Source: a virus
Virus record (IMG/VR): IMGVR_UViG_3300030102_005172
Coordinates: 1-64,000 of that record
DNA length: 64,000 bases
Reading direction: 5' to 3' (one strand)
Shown here one piece after another: positions 28,185 to 38,150 of this stretch (its first letter is position 1; the number at the start of each line of letters is the position of its first letter). The translations under genes were made by a program, and so were the position numbers. Below the pieces are notes generated by a model. That model made no database searches. It was not told the origin of the DNA and saw only the letters and a program-made list of their open reading frames with translations.

Positions 28185-28505
28185 TTATTTCCTTTTTTTT
28201 CGACCTGCACAATGAGCTTTTTGTGAGAAACCCTTTGGATTACTGCAGTCGATTGATTTTTTATATTTATCTGACCATTTCTCATCAATCTTTTTGATAA
28301 GTTCCTCTAACCTTTTTTCCAAGGTTTCTTTTTTAGATGGGAGTCCTTTATGTTTAGTTGCCGCATATTTTCTAACATCAGATGGTTTCATATTCTTGGC
28401 AACCTTTTGCGCATCCTTCGAAAAGTCTGAAGCTTTTGCGTCACCTTTTTGTATCGCTCTAACGATACCCATGAATTTTTGTTGTTGTTTACTTAATGCG
28501 GGCAT
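28185..28505 (-). CDS. small basic two-module protein (DUF3008-like + KWS..YK.SIDC.NPKGFSQKAHC module)
   Basis: MPA.SKQQQKFMG...TKHKGLP; modules separated by KKE/IDE. Confidence 0.65.
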   Translation of the reverse strand: MPALSKQQQKFMGIVRAIQKGDAKASDFSKDAQKVAKNMKPSDVRKYAATKHKGLPSKKETLEKRLEELIKKIDEKWSDKYKKSIDCSNPKGFSQKAHCAGRKKRK

Positions 28506-28517
28506 AAACTCTCCTTA

Positions 28518-28673
28518 CTAATAAGTATCTAATAAAAATTTTATAGGAATTTTCCACTCGATATCAAAAGGGTCACTAACTACGACTTCTTCCTTTTGTT
28601 CGTTGAGTGATATAAGAGTCACCTTTTCGCCCTCTACCAGACTTCCCCTGTGATTGCTGAAGGTCTCCTTCAT
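28518..28673 (-). CDS. small SH3-like hypothetical protein
   Basis: MKETFSNHRGSLVEGEKVTLI...DPFDIEWKIP. Confidence 0.45.
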   Translation of the reverse strand: MKETFSNHRGSLVEGEKVTLISLNEQKEEVVVSDPFDIEWKIPIKFLLDTY

Positions 28674-28767
28674 CAATATTTTGTTTCCTATTTCTTTTTG
28701 TAAATTTTTCATAAGTTTCATAGTATTCATCTTCGAAGTCTATACTTCGTACATCAATTTTTCCCAT
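28576..28767 (-). CDS. small hypothetical protein
   Basis: ORF track; overlaps the downstream ORF in another frame. Confidence 0.45.
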   Translation of the reverse strand: MGKIDVRSIDFEDEYYETYEKFTKRNRKQNIDEGDLQQSQGKSGRGRKGDSYITQRTKGRSRS

Positions 28768-29005
28768 TCTTAATAATCCTTAAATCTTTTATCTTCTCTA
28801 AAAATTGTTCAACTGTATAATTTTTATTTTTTTCGTCTTTGATTTTGACCTCTGTAAGTGTATCTGGATATTTTTCTACCAATCTTTCAAGGATAGCGAA
28901 TCCTTCTTCAGTCCAAAAGTTTTTGAATGAAACTTCACCTAAGATGTTTGTTGAATAGTCAACATCTTCTTCTGAATCGTCTGGTAGTAATATAAAGTAT
29001 CTCAT
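28754..29005 (-). CDS. hypothetical protein
   Basis: ORF track; ATGA overlap. Confidence 0.65.
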   Translation of the reverse strand: MRYFILLPDDSEEDVDYSTNILGEVSFKNFWTEEGFAILERLVEKYPDTLTEVKIKDEKNKNYTVEQFLEKIKDLRIIKNGKN

Positions 29006-30180
29006 AGATTTATTAGTTCTTTTTCGTAATATTTTATTCTATTAACCTTTATATTAAATATGTCCAATTCGAACTCCCCGACCTCTAAATCGTTTCCATC
29101 GAAGATTTCTGACCACTTTTGTATGTAAGAATATGAGTTATTTGATAGTCTATTTGCGTCAAAACTTATCTCAATATCAGAATCCTCATGTACATTTATT
29201 TTTTCTCTTAAATCAAAATTAGTATTTGGTTGTTCCAATTTTATGTAACTATCAATAATATCTTGTGGTATATCAATAGTGATTCTATCACACCAAGGTT
29301 CTAAAATGTTTAATAATTGACTATTACCATTTACAACATTGAACTCAATATCATATTTATGTGGAACTTCAGGCAACATAAATTCGTCATGTTTTACAAA
29401 ATGACCCCATTTTCTGATAAAATTACGAGTTGACCTCATGTTTTGTTTCAACCATTCATCTGATTCTTTACCCACTTCAGTTAGTGTTGGATTGAATCTC
29501 GAACCTCTACAAGTCATATGATATACAAATCCGTCCCAGGTCTGAATCAGGTCGTACCCGTTTAGTAAGAATCTATTAAATATATCTGAATCCTCTTTTG
29601 ATTGTGGTGCATACAGAGGGTCATGTCCACCGATTGATGTAAAGTCTTCTTTGTATAAAAACCAAGGTGCAAATATACCTTTTGTGATTTTATCTTTGTT
29701 TGTAAACTTAGGAATCTCTACAAGAAGTTCTTCTTCCAAGAAATCTTCTGGCTCAGTTTTACCATCCCAAAGAATCTTTTCAGGCCCATCGGGGTGTAGT
29801 GGTGGTTCAATACGAGTCCAAGATACTACTGTTTTTGGTTTTAGATTCCTTATTAATGATTCTAATGCGCCTGGACAAAGATACATATCTGCGTGATATA
29901 TTCCAACAACTTTTGTAGTTGCTACTTCATTAATCAATCTATCATATAAGATTGTATGTCCTAATCTTGTTGGTCCTTCATTTCTAATCGCTTTGAAGTT
30001 TGGGTCTTTTTTCATTATCTCTTGACACCATTCCCAAGTTCCATCAGAACTGAAATCGTCTGCTACACAAATATGTGGTTCAGGACCACCATTTTTTCTA
30101 ATTGATTCATATGACCACTTAAGATACTTTAAATTATCTCTTGATGGTTGAATAAAACTAATATCACTTTTAGTTAACAT
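29002..30180 (-). CDS. GT2 glycosyltransferase
   Basis: ADDFSSDGT, HADM, GGHDPLY...EDSD. Confidence 0.85.
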   Translation of the reverse strand: MLTKSDISFIQPSRDNLKYLKWSYESIRKNGGPEPHICVADDFSSDGTWEWCQEIMKKDPNFKAIRNEGPTRLGHTILYDRLINEVATTKVVGIYHADMYLCPGALESLIRNLKPKTVVSWTRIEPPLHPDGPEKILWDGKTEPEDFLEEELLVEIPKFTNKDKITKGIFAPWFLYKEDFTSIGGHDPLYAPQSKEDSDIFNRFLLNGYDLIQTWDGFVYHMTCRGSRFNPTLTEVGKESDEWLKQNMRSTRNFIRKWGHFVKHDEFMLPEVPHKYDIEFNVVNGNSQLLNILEPWCDRITIDIPQDIIDSYIKLEQPNTNFDLREKINVHEDSDIEISFDANRLSNNSYSYIQKWSEIFDGNDLEVGEFELDIFNIKVNRIKYYEKELINL

Positions 30181-31003
30181 AATTTTTTACCTTTTTAATT
30201 AAATCATCATATGTTTCCACATGATATATTTTTTGACCTGAGAGTTTTGGGAAGAATGTTTCGTATGCTTTATGTTTTACTTCATATCCCTTTACTCCGT
30301 ATATAATATTTTCACCACCAAAGTATGCAGTCAATGCTGAGTTTCCACCTTGTGTTGATATGTGATGGTCACAATGACTTAGTAATGCTACTTGTGTTGT
30401 ATTGTAATCCATTCCATATTCTTTTTGTAATGATTGCATAAGTGTTATTCCCATTGTTTCTGCCAAATTCCAATCACCCCAAACTTTTTGAGGAGTTCCA
30501 TCATTTGTAATGTTTTCACTACTTGGTCTATTATATATGATATGAAATTTATCTCTACATAACTCAAATATTATTTTTAATGAGTCTAAATTAATATAAT
30601 TTACAGGGTCACCTTTCCACTCTTCTTGATATTTGTTTGAGATTATTAATAGTGGTTTATCGAAGTTTAAACTTACCCAATTAAATTTTGTTTTGTAATG
30701 TGATTTTAAATCAGGTGGTGACCATTTGTCTTCCCACATTAGTTTATCACCAACAACAGGTTTTGAAAAGACACCTGCGACATGGTCGAATTGTTTGTAG
30801 TAAAGTTCGTTATCAATCTCTAAATGTAAAAACTGAACTCTTTGATTGTAGACCTCATTTACTTTTATATTTGGATAAAGTAAACCTGCACCTACTGAAG
30901 TATACACCTCAACATTATTCCCTTGTTCCTTATACCAATTTACTAAAGGAACTGCTGCAAACAACTCATAACCATATTCACCATTTATTCTAAATACCAT
31001 CAA
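30170..31003 (-). CDS. putative glycosyltransferase (GT-B-like)
   Basis: GEYGYE, K...EW, HISTQGGNS; context within glycosylation island. Confidence 0.5.
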   Translation of the reverse strand: MMVFRINGEYGYELFAAVPLVNWYKEQGNNVEVYTSVGAGLLYPNIKVNEVYNQRVQFLHLEIDNELYYKQFDHVAGVFSKPVVGDKLMWEDKWSPPDLKSHYKTKFNWVSLNFDKPLLIISNKYQEEWKGDPVNYINLDSLKIIFELCRDKFHIIYNRPSSENITNDGTPQKVWGDWNLAETMGITLMQSLQKEYGMDYNTTQVALLSHCDHHISTQGGNSALTAYFGGENIIYGVKGYEVKHKAYETFFPKLSGQKIYHVETYDDLIKKVKNYVN

Positions 31004-31889
31004 ATTCTAATTTCAATTGTTTACCTTTGTAAAGAGATTTTATATATTCTTCTAATCTATCTTTAGGTTTCCAATCAAGTAATTCAAGTGCCTCATCTGA
31101 TTCTCTAAGTGTTTCTCTGTAATTACCAAATTGGTCGTCTATATGTGTTTTAGTTGCCCCACCATACTTCGCAAACATATCTGCTACTTCATTTATGGAG
31201 TAATTTATACCTGTACCCAACTCCCATGCGTCTACAATCGATAGAGATGAGTTTACACTTTGTAATTCTAATAATGCGTCAACAACATCATAAACATGAG
31301 TAAAGTCTCTTTTTTGTTCACCATCACCTACGATAGTAATTGGTTCACCATTTTGAATTTGTCTTCTCCAGATACCGATAACTGCTGCCCAATCACCATC
31401 AATAACTTCATGTGGTCCATATACATTATAGAACCTACAAATCTCTATACTCATTCCGTAAGTCTTTTTGTATAACTTACATAACTCCTCACCAAGATAT
31501 TTACAAGCTGCATATGGTGATTGATATGGGTCGTGATGTTTAGATGATGAACCTGCGTAAATTACTTTTAAATCATGTATTCTTGCAAACTCTAAAACTC
31601 GTTGAGTGCCCATTGTATTTACATTGAAAGTTTCTGATGGATTTTCAAACGATGGTTGTATTCTTGATAATCCAGCCAAATGATAAACCAAATCAAAACT
31701 TGGATTCATTCCAAAATAAAAATTTATATGTTCGATTTTACCTTCAACATAGTGACATCCACTTACATGATTATTTTCTGTACCTGTTGAGTAATCATCG
31801 AGTGATACTACTTCATGTCCGTTTGTAACTAATCTTTTAATTAAATTTGTACCGACAAATCCGGCACCACCTGTAACTAATATTTTCAT
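30990..31889 (-). CDS. NAD-dependent nucleotide-sugar epimerase/dehydratase
   Basis: TGGAGFVG, YAACK, RFYNVYGP, GDGEQKRDFTHV. Confidence 0.92.
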   Translation of the reverse strand: MKILVTGGAGFVGTNLIKRLVTNGHEVVSLDDYSTGTENNHVSGCHYVEGKIEHINFYFGMNPSFDLVYHLAGLSRIQPSFENPSETFNVNTMGTQRVLEFARIHDLKVIYAGSSSKHHDPYQSPYAACKYLGEELCKLYKKTYGMSIEICRFYNVYGPHEVIDGDWAAVIGIWRRQIQNGEPITIVGDGEQKRDFTHVYDVVDALLELQSVNSSLSIVDAWELGTGINYSINEVADMFAKYGGATKTHIDDQFGNYRETLRESDEALELLDWKPKDRLEEYIKSLYKGKQLKLEFDGI

Positions 31890-32782
31890 AATAATGGTAT
31901 TCTATTTGGGTTATCTGTTCCTTCTATTGGCATTACAAAAGTTTGGTCATCACTCTGAGGTAATCTACCCCACTTCTTAATAAACTTTTGTGCATTGTTT
32001 GATTCTGATTCTTGTTGTCTTTTTGATTTAGAGTTCAGTTTATCTTTTGCTTCATCTCTAAAATGAGAACCTCTTGCTGAAAAATGATATACAACCGACT
32101 TAGAAGACATAACAAATTTATATCCTTCTAATTGCATTCTAATAAATAAATCCATGTCATCGTATGACGCAGGTGCGAATAATGGGTCGTTACCACCAAT
32201 CCAAACATAGTCTTCTTTTTTACAAAAGAATCCTGCACCACCACCTTTTCTTACACGAGTCTCTGGCATATCTGATAGTTTCTGAGACCAATCATCAAAC
32301 CACTCTTTATCAAAGTTATGATGAAACTCACCAAACTCATCAGTTGTAACAAATACTGTTCCTGGTCTGTAATCAGGGTCATTTGGAAATATCTTAGGTT
32401 GTATTCTAAATGACGATGCGATTATTCTATCAATCCCATCACCTTCTTCTACAATCTTTTGTAACTCTATATCTTGATTTGGTGCAATCCACATATCAGA
32501 GTGGATTATATTTACATATTCTGTTTCTGATTTGTCAACACAAAAGTCCATACCACCACCAATTCCCCTTGGTACATCATTGTGTTCTACAAACCCCTTT
32601 AGATTTTTATCTTCTTGCATTAGATTAAGTAACCACTCATCTGTACCATCAGTACAATTCTCTGCGTGAATCACAATCGGCTGGTCTTTGTAGTATGCAT
32701 TCTTTCTTACAGATTCGTAAGCAAGTTTTACATAATCAAGATTATTGTTTGTTGATATACAAGTTGTTATTGGACTTTCCAT
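31886..32782 (-). CDS. GT2 glycosyltransferase
   Basis: NCTDGT, HSDM, GG.DPLF....DD.D; paralog of 29002..30180. Confidence 0.85.
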   Translation of the reverse strand: MESPITTCISTNNNLDYVKLAYESVRKNAYYKDQPIVIHAENCTDGTDEWLLNLMQEDKNLKGFVEHNDVPRGIGGGMDFCVDKSETEYVNIIHSDMWIAPNQDIELQKIVEEGDGIDRIIASSFRIQPKIFPNDPDYRPGTVFVTTDEFGEFHHNFDKEWFDDWSQKLSDMPETRVRKGGGAGFFCKKEDYVWIGGNDPLFAPASYDDMDLFIRMQLEGYKFVMSSKSVVYHFSARGSHFRDEAKDKLNSKSKRQQESESNNAQKFIKKWGRLPQSDDQTFVMPIEGTDNPNRIPLL

Positions 32783-33717
32783 ACATCTTCCCATTTATAT
32801 GTTTTCGTTTGTTTCATAAAGTTGTAAGCGTTATATTTAGAATACTCACTTGCTTTAGGATACCAATCGGTTGACTTTCTTTGTTCGTTTATATCTTTCC
32901 CAACTTCATCCATTACATATTTTCTTTTTCTTGGATGTTCTCTGTTGTGAACTAATAAAATATTCTTTACAATATACAAAGGAATTTGGTTATTTCCAAA
33001 TATTGTTAACATTTTATTCATAAAAGCAGTATCTTCGTGGGTAAAGAATACCGATTTAGGTATGTTTACACCACTTCTAATTATTTCAGATGAGATTACT
33101 AAACCACATCCATTAAATTTATAGTTGTATGTTGACTCTATATGTGGTGATTCAACATCTGAGTTTATCTCTTCCATTTTATCATAATCCATATAACATC
33201 TTGTTCCATACCATGCGTGTGGGTCTCTTGGTAAATCAGTTAGTTTTGGATGTTCTAATGGTTTCCACGAATCGTCCCACATTTTACAAGTTGAAAAGAA
33301 TCCAACCCATTTTGGTGTTTGGTCTTTGACTGCCTCATGTAATGATATTATTGATTCCATCGCTTGTGATGGAACTAACATATCAGACTCACCCCAAAAT
33401 AATACATCTACTATTTCACAATATTTTTCATTGAAGTCTCTTCTGTAATCTGCGATAGTATATAACTCATCTTTTGTTGCGTATGTAATATCGTAACCTT
33501 TAAGTTTATATTGATTACAAACTCTGACATACTTTTCCATAATATATGTCAACATATCAACTTCATCAGAAACTTTTTCTAAGTCTTGATTTGTGACTAA
33601 ACACATATCAATCTTAACCTTGTCTTTTTGTTCACCAATTGATTTGATTAAAGAATCTAAATATTCCTCAAACATATCAATCTCATACCATTGTACTAAA
33701 CAACCTGCTGCTATCAT
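32767..33717 (-). CDS. putative GT-A glycosyltransferase
   Basis: WGESDML (DxD-like), HEDTAF; island context. Confidence 0.55.
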   Translation of the reverse strand: MIAAGCLVQWYEIDMFEEYLDSLIKSIGEQKDKVKIDMCLVTNQDLEKVSDEVDMLTYIMEKYVRVCNQYKLKGYDITYATKDELYTIADYRRDFNEKYCEIVDVLFWGESDMLVPSQAMESIISLHEAVKDQTPKWVGFFSTCKMWDDSWKPLEHPKLTDLPRDPHAWYGTRCYMDYDKMEEINSDVESPHIESTYNYKFNGCGLVISSEIIRSGVNIPKSVFFTHEDTAFMNKMLTIFGNNQIPLYIVKNILLVHNREHPRKRKYVMDEVGKDINEQRKSTDWYPKASEYSKYNAYNFMKQTKTYKWEDVWKVQ

Positions 33718-34535
33718 AGTTCTATTCTTGGAATACCTTCATAACCAGGATTGGTATCTGAAACCATTTCCCACTCTACACCTTGTTCTTTTAACCAATA
33801 GTAAATACCTTTAGTTGCCTTTGCTACTGATTTTATTTCTCTTGGCCCCATAGATGTTTTTGCATATACAATCTTTTCATGTTCGTCACCATAAAAGTGT
33901 TCTTGGAAAACTCTTTGTGTATCATCTTCAGTTCCATTTTCAAATGATGATAAGTCACCAATGTCCCAACCAATCGTGACAATCTTTTTACACCCTAAGT
34001 AAAGTGCTAATGGTAATGCCATTTCGTACATGATACCAGGCCCCCAAGGTTGTTGAAATCCTATTTCGGGGTGGTCTAACCTCATAGTATCCCAATCTTC
34101 TTTTTCTGATAATGAATAAATCATTTTGTTAGGACCAACTCCACCACCTGTATTTGGATTGTTTCTAAATATAGGAATGAATAAGTCTGATTCTAAATTA
34201 TTATCAAAAATCATTTGAGGATGAAATTGTTCAAAGATTGCCCATGTTATGATTGATTTATTATCTGACCAATCATATGGTGCGAAGTTACAAAAGTTTA
34301 GTAAATGAAAGTCAGTAACATCTTTTACTAAATTGTATGATTGTTTGATTGGCATACATAATTTATCTGCCATAAACTCATTAAGGAATTCTTTATCATA
34401 CTTTTTGAGTGAAGGACCACCTGCGATTATATATGCAGTATCATCTTTGTACTGATTTTTTAATACTTTTAATCTATCTTCAGACTCTTCTAATTGTAGA
34501 AGTTCTTGTCGTAACTTACTTGTTTGTGATTTCAT
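33714..34535 (-). CDS. DUF115/Maf-like (MptE-like) protein, putative CMP-ulosonate transferase
   Basis: LKNQYK...AYIIAGGPSL and ALYLGCKKI..IGWD motifs. Confidence 0.7.
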   Translation of the reverse strand: MKSQTSKLRQELLQLEESEDRLKVLKNQYKDDTAYIIAGGPSLKKYDKEFLNEFMADKLCMPIKQSYNLVKDVTDFHLLNFCNFAPYDWSDNKSIITWAIFEQFHPQMIFDNNLESDLFIPIFRNNPNTGGGVGPNKMIYSLSEKEDWDTMRLDHPEIGFQQPWGPGIMYEMALPLALYLGCKKIVTIGWDIGDLSSFENGTEDDTQRVFQEHFYGDEHEKIVYAKTSMGPREIKSVAKATKGIYYWLKEQGVEWEMVSDTNPGYEGIPRIEL

Positions 34536-34917
34536 TAAATTGTTTCAAAGTTTGTTCCCATGATTCAAACCTAATTCCTCTGTCATCTATGTAACAGATT
34601 GCTCTTGGTTTTTCACAAGTTATTTCTTTTATATAATTATCAATCTCATATTTAGTTAACCACTCCCAAATCAACTCTTCACCTGTTTTACCATTTACAA
34701 GTGGTCTATCTGGTTTTACTTTTGCGGTAAACAAAACTATATCGTATCCTTGAGACTTAAACCACTTGATTGCGTCTAATGAACCCTCAATAGGTGGGTC
34801 GTATACAGTTCCATCATGGAATCCTTTTGAATTACCATGGACAACACCATCAAAGTCTATTGCAACTTGAAAGTTGTTTTCGTGGTGTTGCATTTTATCA
34901 TATTCATTTATATTCAT
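34516..34917 (-). CDS. small HAD phosphatase
   Basis: IDFDGV, FTAK, KP...YIDDR. Confidence 0.8.
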   Translation of the reverse strand: MNINEYDKMQHHENNFQVAIDFDGVVHGNSKGFHDGTVYDPPIEGSLDAIKWFKSQGYDIVLFTAKVKPDRPLVNGKTGEELIWEWLTKYEIDNYIKEITCEKPRAICYIDDRGIRFESWEQTLKQFNEITNK

Positions 34918-35744
34918 GTTATTGCTCTACCTTTCATACTTTCCCAATCTCTATCGTTCCTAACATCATCATTCTTAGAATCTACTGCATTTAATATTTT
35001 TGGGTCTAAAGAATATTTGTTTGCTAAAGATATTAATGCTTTTACATCTTTTGGAAAACAATGACCACCATAACCAAAGTCACCATCTGGTCCTGGCACT
35101 GCCCAATGTGATTTACCTAATCTATCATCGTGTTGTGCATATTCAATTACTTTATCATAATCTATATCCAACGCCTGACATATTTGATACATTTCATTTG
35201 CAAATGATACTTTAGTCGCTAAAAAGGCGTTTGTTACATACTTAACCATCTCAGCATGACGGGATCCTGTTTTTATGATATGTGCTTTTGGAAATACTTT
35301 TGTGAATATTCTTTTTAGTCTTGTTGTTGCAGGTCTCGGTCCACCTAATATTATTCTACTTTGGTTTTCATAATCTGATACTGCGTTTGCTTCAGTTAGG
35401 AATTCAGGATTAAAAACAATGTTTAGTTTTTTAAATCTTTCATTCCACTCCTCTGTTGTGCCTGGTGGTACTGTTGATTTGATAACTATATCATAAGATT
35501 TATTAGGACCATAACCATTTATCTGTGACAACATGATTTCAACTATTGATGTATTACAAGTACCATCTTCATACATCGGTGTTGGTAAACACAAAAATAT
35601 AGTGTCACATCCTTTTTTTATATAATGAAAGTCACTATTACATTTTGTTTCATCAATGTCATATGTCAATATATCAAAATAGTTTTTAAACTTCTGATAT
35701 ACGGCGTTACCTACAAATCCTTGACCTATAATCCCTATCTTCAT
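34914..35744 (-). CDS. UDP-glucose/GDP-mannose dehydrogenase family (short, no C-terminal domain)
   Basis: GQGFVG, KSTVPPGTT, FNPEFL, GYGGHCFPKD. Confidence 0.9.
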   Translation of the reverse strand: MKIGIIGQGFVGNAVYQKFKNYFDILTYDIDETKCNSDFHYIKKGCDTIFLCLPTPMYEDGTCNTSIVEIMLSQINGYGPNKSYDIVIKSTVPPGTTEEWNERFKKLNIVFNPEFLTEANAVSDYENQSRIILGGPRPATTRLKRIFTKVFPKAHIIKTGSRHAEMVKYVTNAFLATKVSFANEMYQICQALDIDYDKVIEYAQHDDRLGKSHWAVPGPDGDFGYGGHCFPKDVKALISLANKYSLDPKILNAVDSKNDDVRNDRDWESMKGRAIT

Positions 35745-37465
35745 TAACTTAACATTTTTTCAACGATTTCTATATCTTCAGGGTAGTCAACTGCGTGTGA
35801 TACATTATCTACCATAACCATTTTGACTTTGTATCCCATCTCTATAAATCTATCAATCTCGATATCTTCTTGTGATTCAAGTGGTGTCTTTTTACCATAT
35901 TCCCAAAATGACTTAAGATGTTCTCTATTGAATCCGTAGATACAAACTTGTTTTAGTGGATTACTGGTCGAACCCTGTTTTGTCCCTGGGAGTGGACTTC
36001 TTGAACACCAAATCAATTCATCATTTAGATTTGTGATTATTTTTGGTATCTTTGGGTCTTCTACTCTTTCGTGGGGATTGAGTTTTGCCATACAATTCAC
36101 GATGTGGTCAGGATTATTTATCTTTGCTTCAATGACCTTTGTTATATCTTCTGGCGATAACATTGGTTCATCACCTTGTACATTGATAATAAAATCTGCG
36201 TCAATCTCTAATGCCGCCTCTGCGACTCTATCTGTACCCGTTGGACAATCATCTGAAGTTAGTATTACTTTCCATCCATGTTTTTTTACAACATCAACTA
36301 TTTCTTGATTCTCAGTTGCGATGTAAACATTCTCTTGTCCTACTGCCCACTTCGCAGTTTCAGCTACCCAAAGAATCATTTCTTTTCCATGAATCTTGGC
36401 AAGAGGTTTTCCAGGGAATCTTGATGATTTGTATCTTGCGGGGATAACTACTGCCACTTTAGGTTCTAACACTCCATCAAGTTTATTTTCGTCAAAACTT
36501 ACTGATTCAGGAATGTCAAGTAATACATCTTCTATTCTATTAGGATGTAAAAAAGATTGTTGTAAGTTCTGAGGATACAATGGATGGATATGTTTTAACC
36601 CACTAACCATATAGTTGTGTGTAAAACCCCATTTGTGTTCTTTCATCAAAGGAATCATCCAATCAGAAATAACTTTTTGTAAAGGTTTACAATTATATTC
36701 AGTCTTATCATGTGAAAGAAATTTCATTTTGTCTTTCGCATATTGATGATAAGTCACAAGTTGTTCTGTTTTTACATTACCAACTCCTCTACCCATTCCA
36801 AGTAAAGTACCATCTAACCAAAGTGCCCCTTCGGATTCTGCGGCAATACAATTAGCGAATGCAAGACCAAGATTGTCGTGTGTATGAACCCCAATCTTTG
36901 AATCACCTTCAAATAGTTCAACAACTTCTTTTGTTCTATCAGGTGTCAATGCTCCATAAGAATCAGCAAAATATAATACGAGTGGGTCTAATCCACTCAT
37001 CACATTTACGAAGTCATATATTTGAGTATCAGTTAGTAAAGTTATACCCATCAGATTTACTATCAAATCATATCCTTTTGTTTTGACATAATCACCAATC
37101 TTGACAGAATGGTCTAACTCCGAATACTTTATTGCCAGACGACAGATGTCAAATGGTGAATCTTCACTATCATGTATAACATCGTCAATCAATGCATAAT
37201 CTACCTCATCATCTTTGATAAAGTCTTTTGCGTCAATCATAAACGCAAGTTTTAAGTTTACTGGTTTTCTATAATCTAATACATCCCAAATGAACCTATC
37301 GTTACACTTACGATACTTACCACCCTTAACAGGTGACTTGTATCCCATCTCCATTACTCCAACTCCTGAAAGGTCAAGTGCCTGTACTAAGTCTTTGACC
37401 ATCTGAGTGTCAAAGTTCCAATTGGTGTAGTAACCACCATCTCTTAATGTACAATCTAATATCAT
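35744..37465 (-). CDS. fusion: HMGL-like (DRE-TIM) aldolase + KdsB-type CMP-ulosonate synthetase
   Basis: N-half LDCTLRDGGY, HTHDNLG, GMGRG.GN; C-half IPARYKSSRFPGKPL, TGTDRV, NVQGDEP. Confidence 0.88.
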   Translation of the reverse strand: MILDCTLRDGGYYTNWNFDTQMVKDLVQALDLSGVGVMEMGYKSPVKGGKYRKCNDRFIWDVLDYRKPVNLKLAFMIDAKDFIKDDEVDYALIDDVIHDSEDSPFDICRLAIKYSELDHSVKIGDYVKTKGYDLIVNLMGITLLTDTQIYDFVNVMSGLDPLVLYFADSYGALTPDRTKEVVELFEGDSKIGVHTHDNLGLAFANCIAAESEGALWLDGTLLGMGRGVGNVKTEQLVTYHQYAKDKMKFLSHDKTEYNCKPLQKVISDWMIPLMKEHKWGFTHNYMVSGLKHIHPLYPQNLQQSFLHPNRIEDVLLDIPESVSFDENKLDGVLEPKVAVVIPARYKSSRFPGKPLAKIHGKEMILWVAETAKWAVGQENVYIATENQEIVDVVKKHGWKVILTSDDCPTGTDRVAEAALEIDADFIINVQGDEPMLSPEDITKVIEAKINNPDHIVNCMAKLNPHERVEDPKIPKIITNLNDELIWCSRSPLPGTKQGSTSNPLKQVCIYGFNREHLKSFWEYGKKTPLESQEDIEIDRFIEMGYKVKMVMVDNVSHAVDYPEDIEIVEKMLS

Positions 37466-37517
37466 AGGAAATTGTTAAATTTTCTTTTTGACACACGAAT
37501 CGTTCCCAAAATGTAGG

Positions 37518-38141
37518 TTACACAAGGGTGTCATAATAATCGTTTTGTTTTATTTGTTTATCTATATCTTTATGGTGGAACAATGATAGTTCCTCAACCC
37601 AAGGTAGATTTGAAATTGTATCATAACCATCGAGTTTCTCGTGTACCTTATTTATCCAACGAATGGATTCGGATTTCTTATATACTCTCCATTGAGGGTC
37701 TGGCCAATTTACTCTACCTTTATCGTCAACATTCCAATTCCATTTTTTAATGTACTCATCTGTTAATCCATCTACCAAATTTACTCGTGGTACGAGGATT
37801 ACATCTACTGAATTCATTTCAAGGATTTGTGGAAGGTTTTCAATTAATTCCTTATTTGGAATCTCATCTGCGTCAATCTGAAAAATGTAATCACCATTAC
37901 ACAAATCAGTCAACTTGTTTTTCCAATCAGCGAAGTGTCCATCAAACTCCCCACTATGCCAAGAGTAGGTTGGATTTACTGATTTAGCTCTTAAATATTC
38001 TTCTACCTTTTCATCACCATTCTTAGAATCATAAAGTATTACGATTTCATCTTCTGGTCTAATATTATCTAAAAGGTATGGGATTAGTTTTTGAATTTCT
38101 GTGAATTCATTACAAACTGTAACTGCGTAACTTATTTTCAT
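37518..38141 (-). CDS. GT2 glycosyltransferase
   Basis: IFQIDADE, WPD.Q.R, W..KVHE. Confidence 0.85.
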   Translation of the reverse strand: MKISYAVTVCNEFTEIQKLIPYLLDNIRPEDEIVILYDSKNGDEKVEEYLRAKSVNPTYSWHSGEFDGHFADWKNKLTDLCNGDYIFQIDADEIPNKELIENLPQILEMNSVDVILVPRVNLVDGLTDEYIKKWNWNVDDKGRVNWPDPQWRVYKKSESIRWINKVHEKLDGYDTISNLPWVEELSLFHHKDIDKQIKQNDYYDTLV

Positions 38142-38150
38142 AATTTAATT

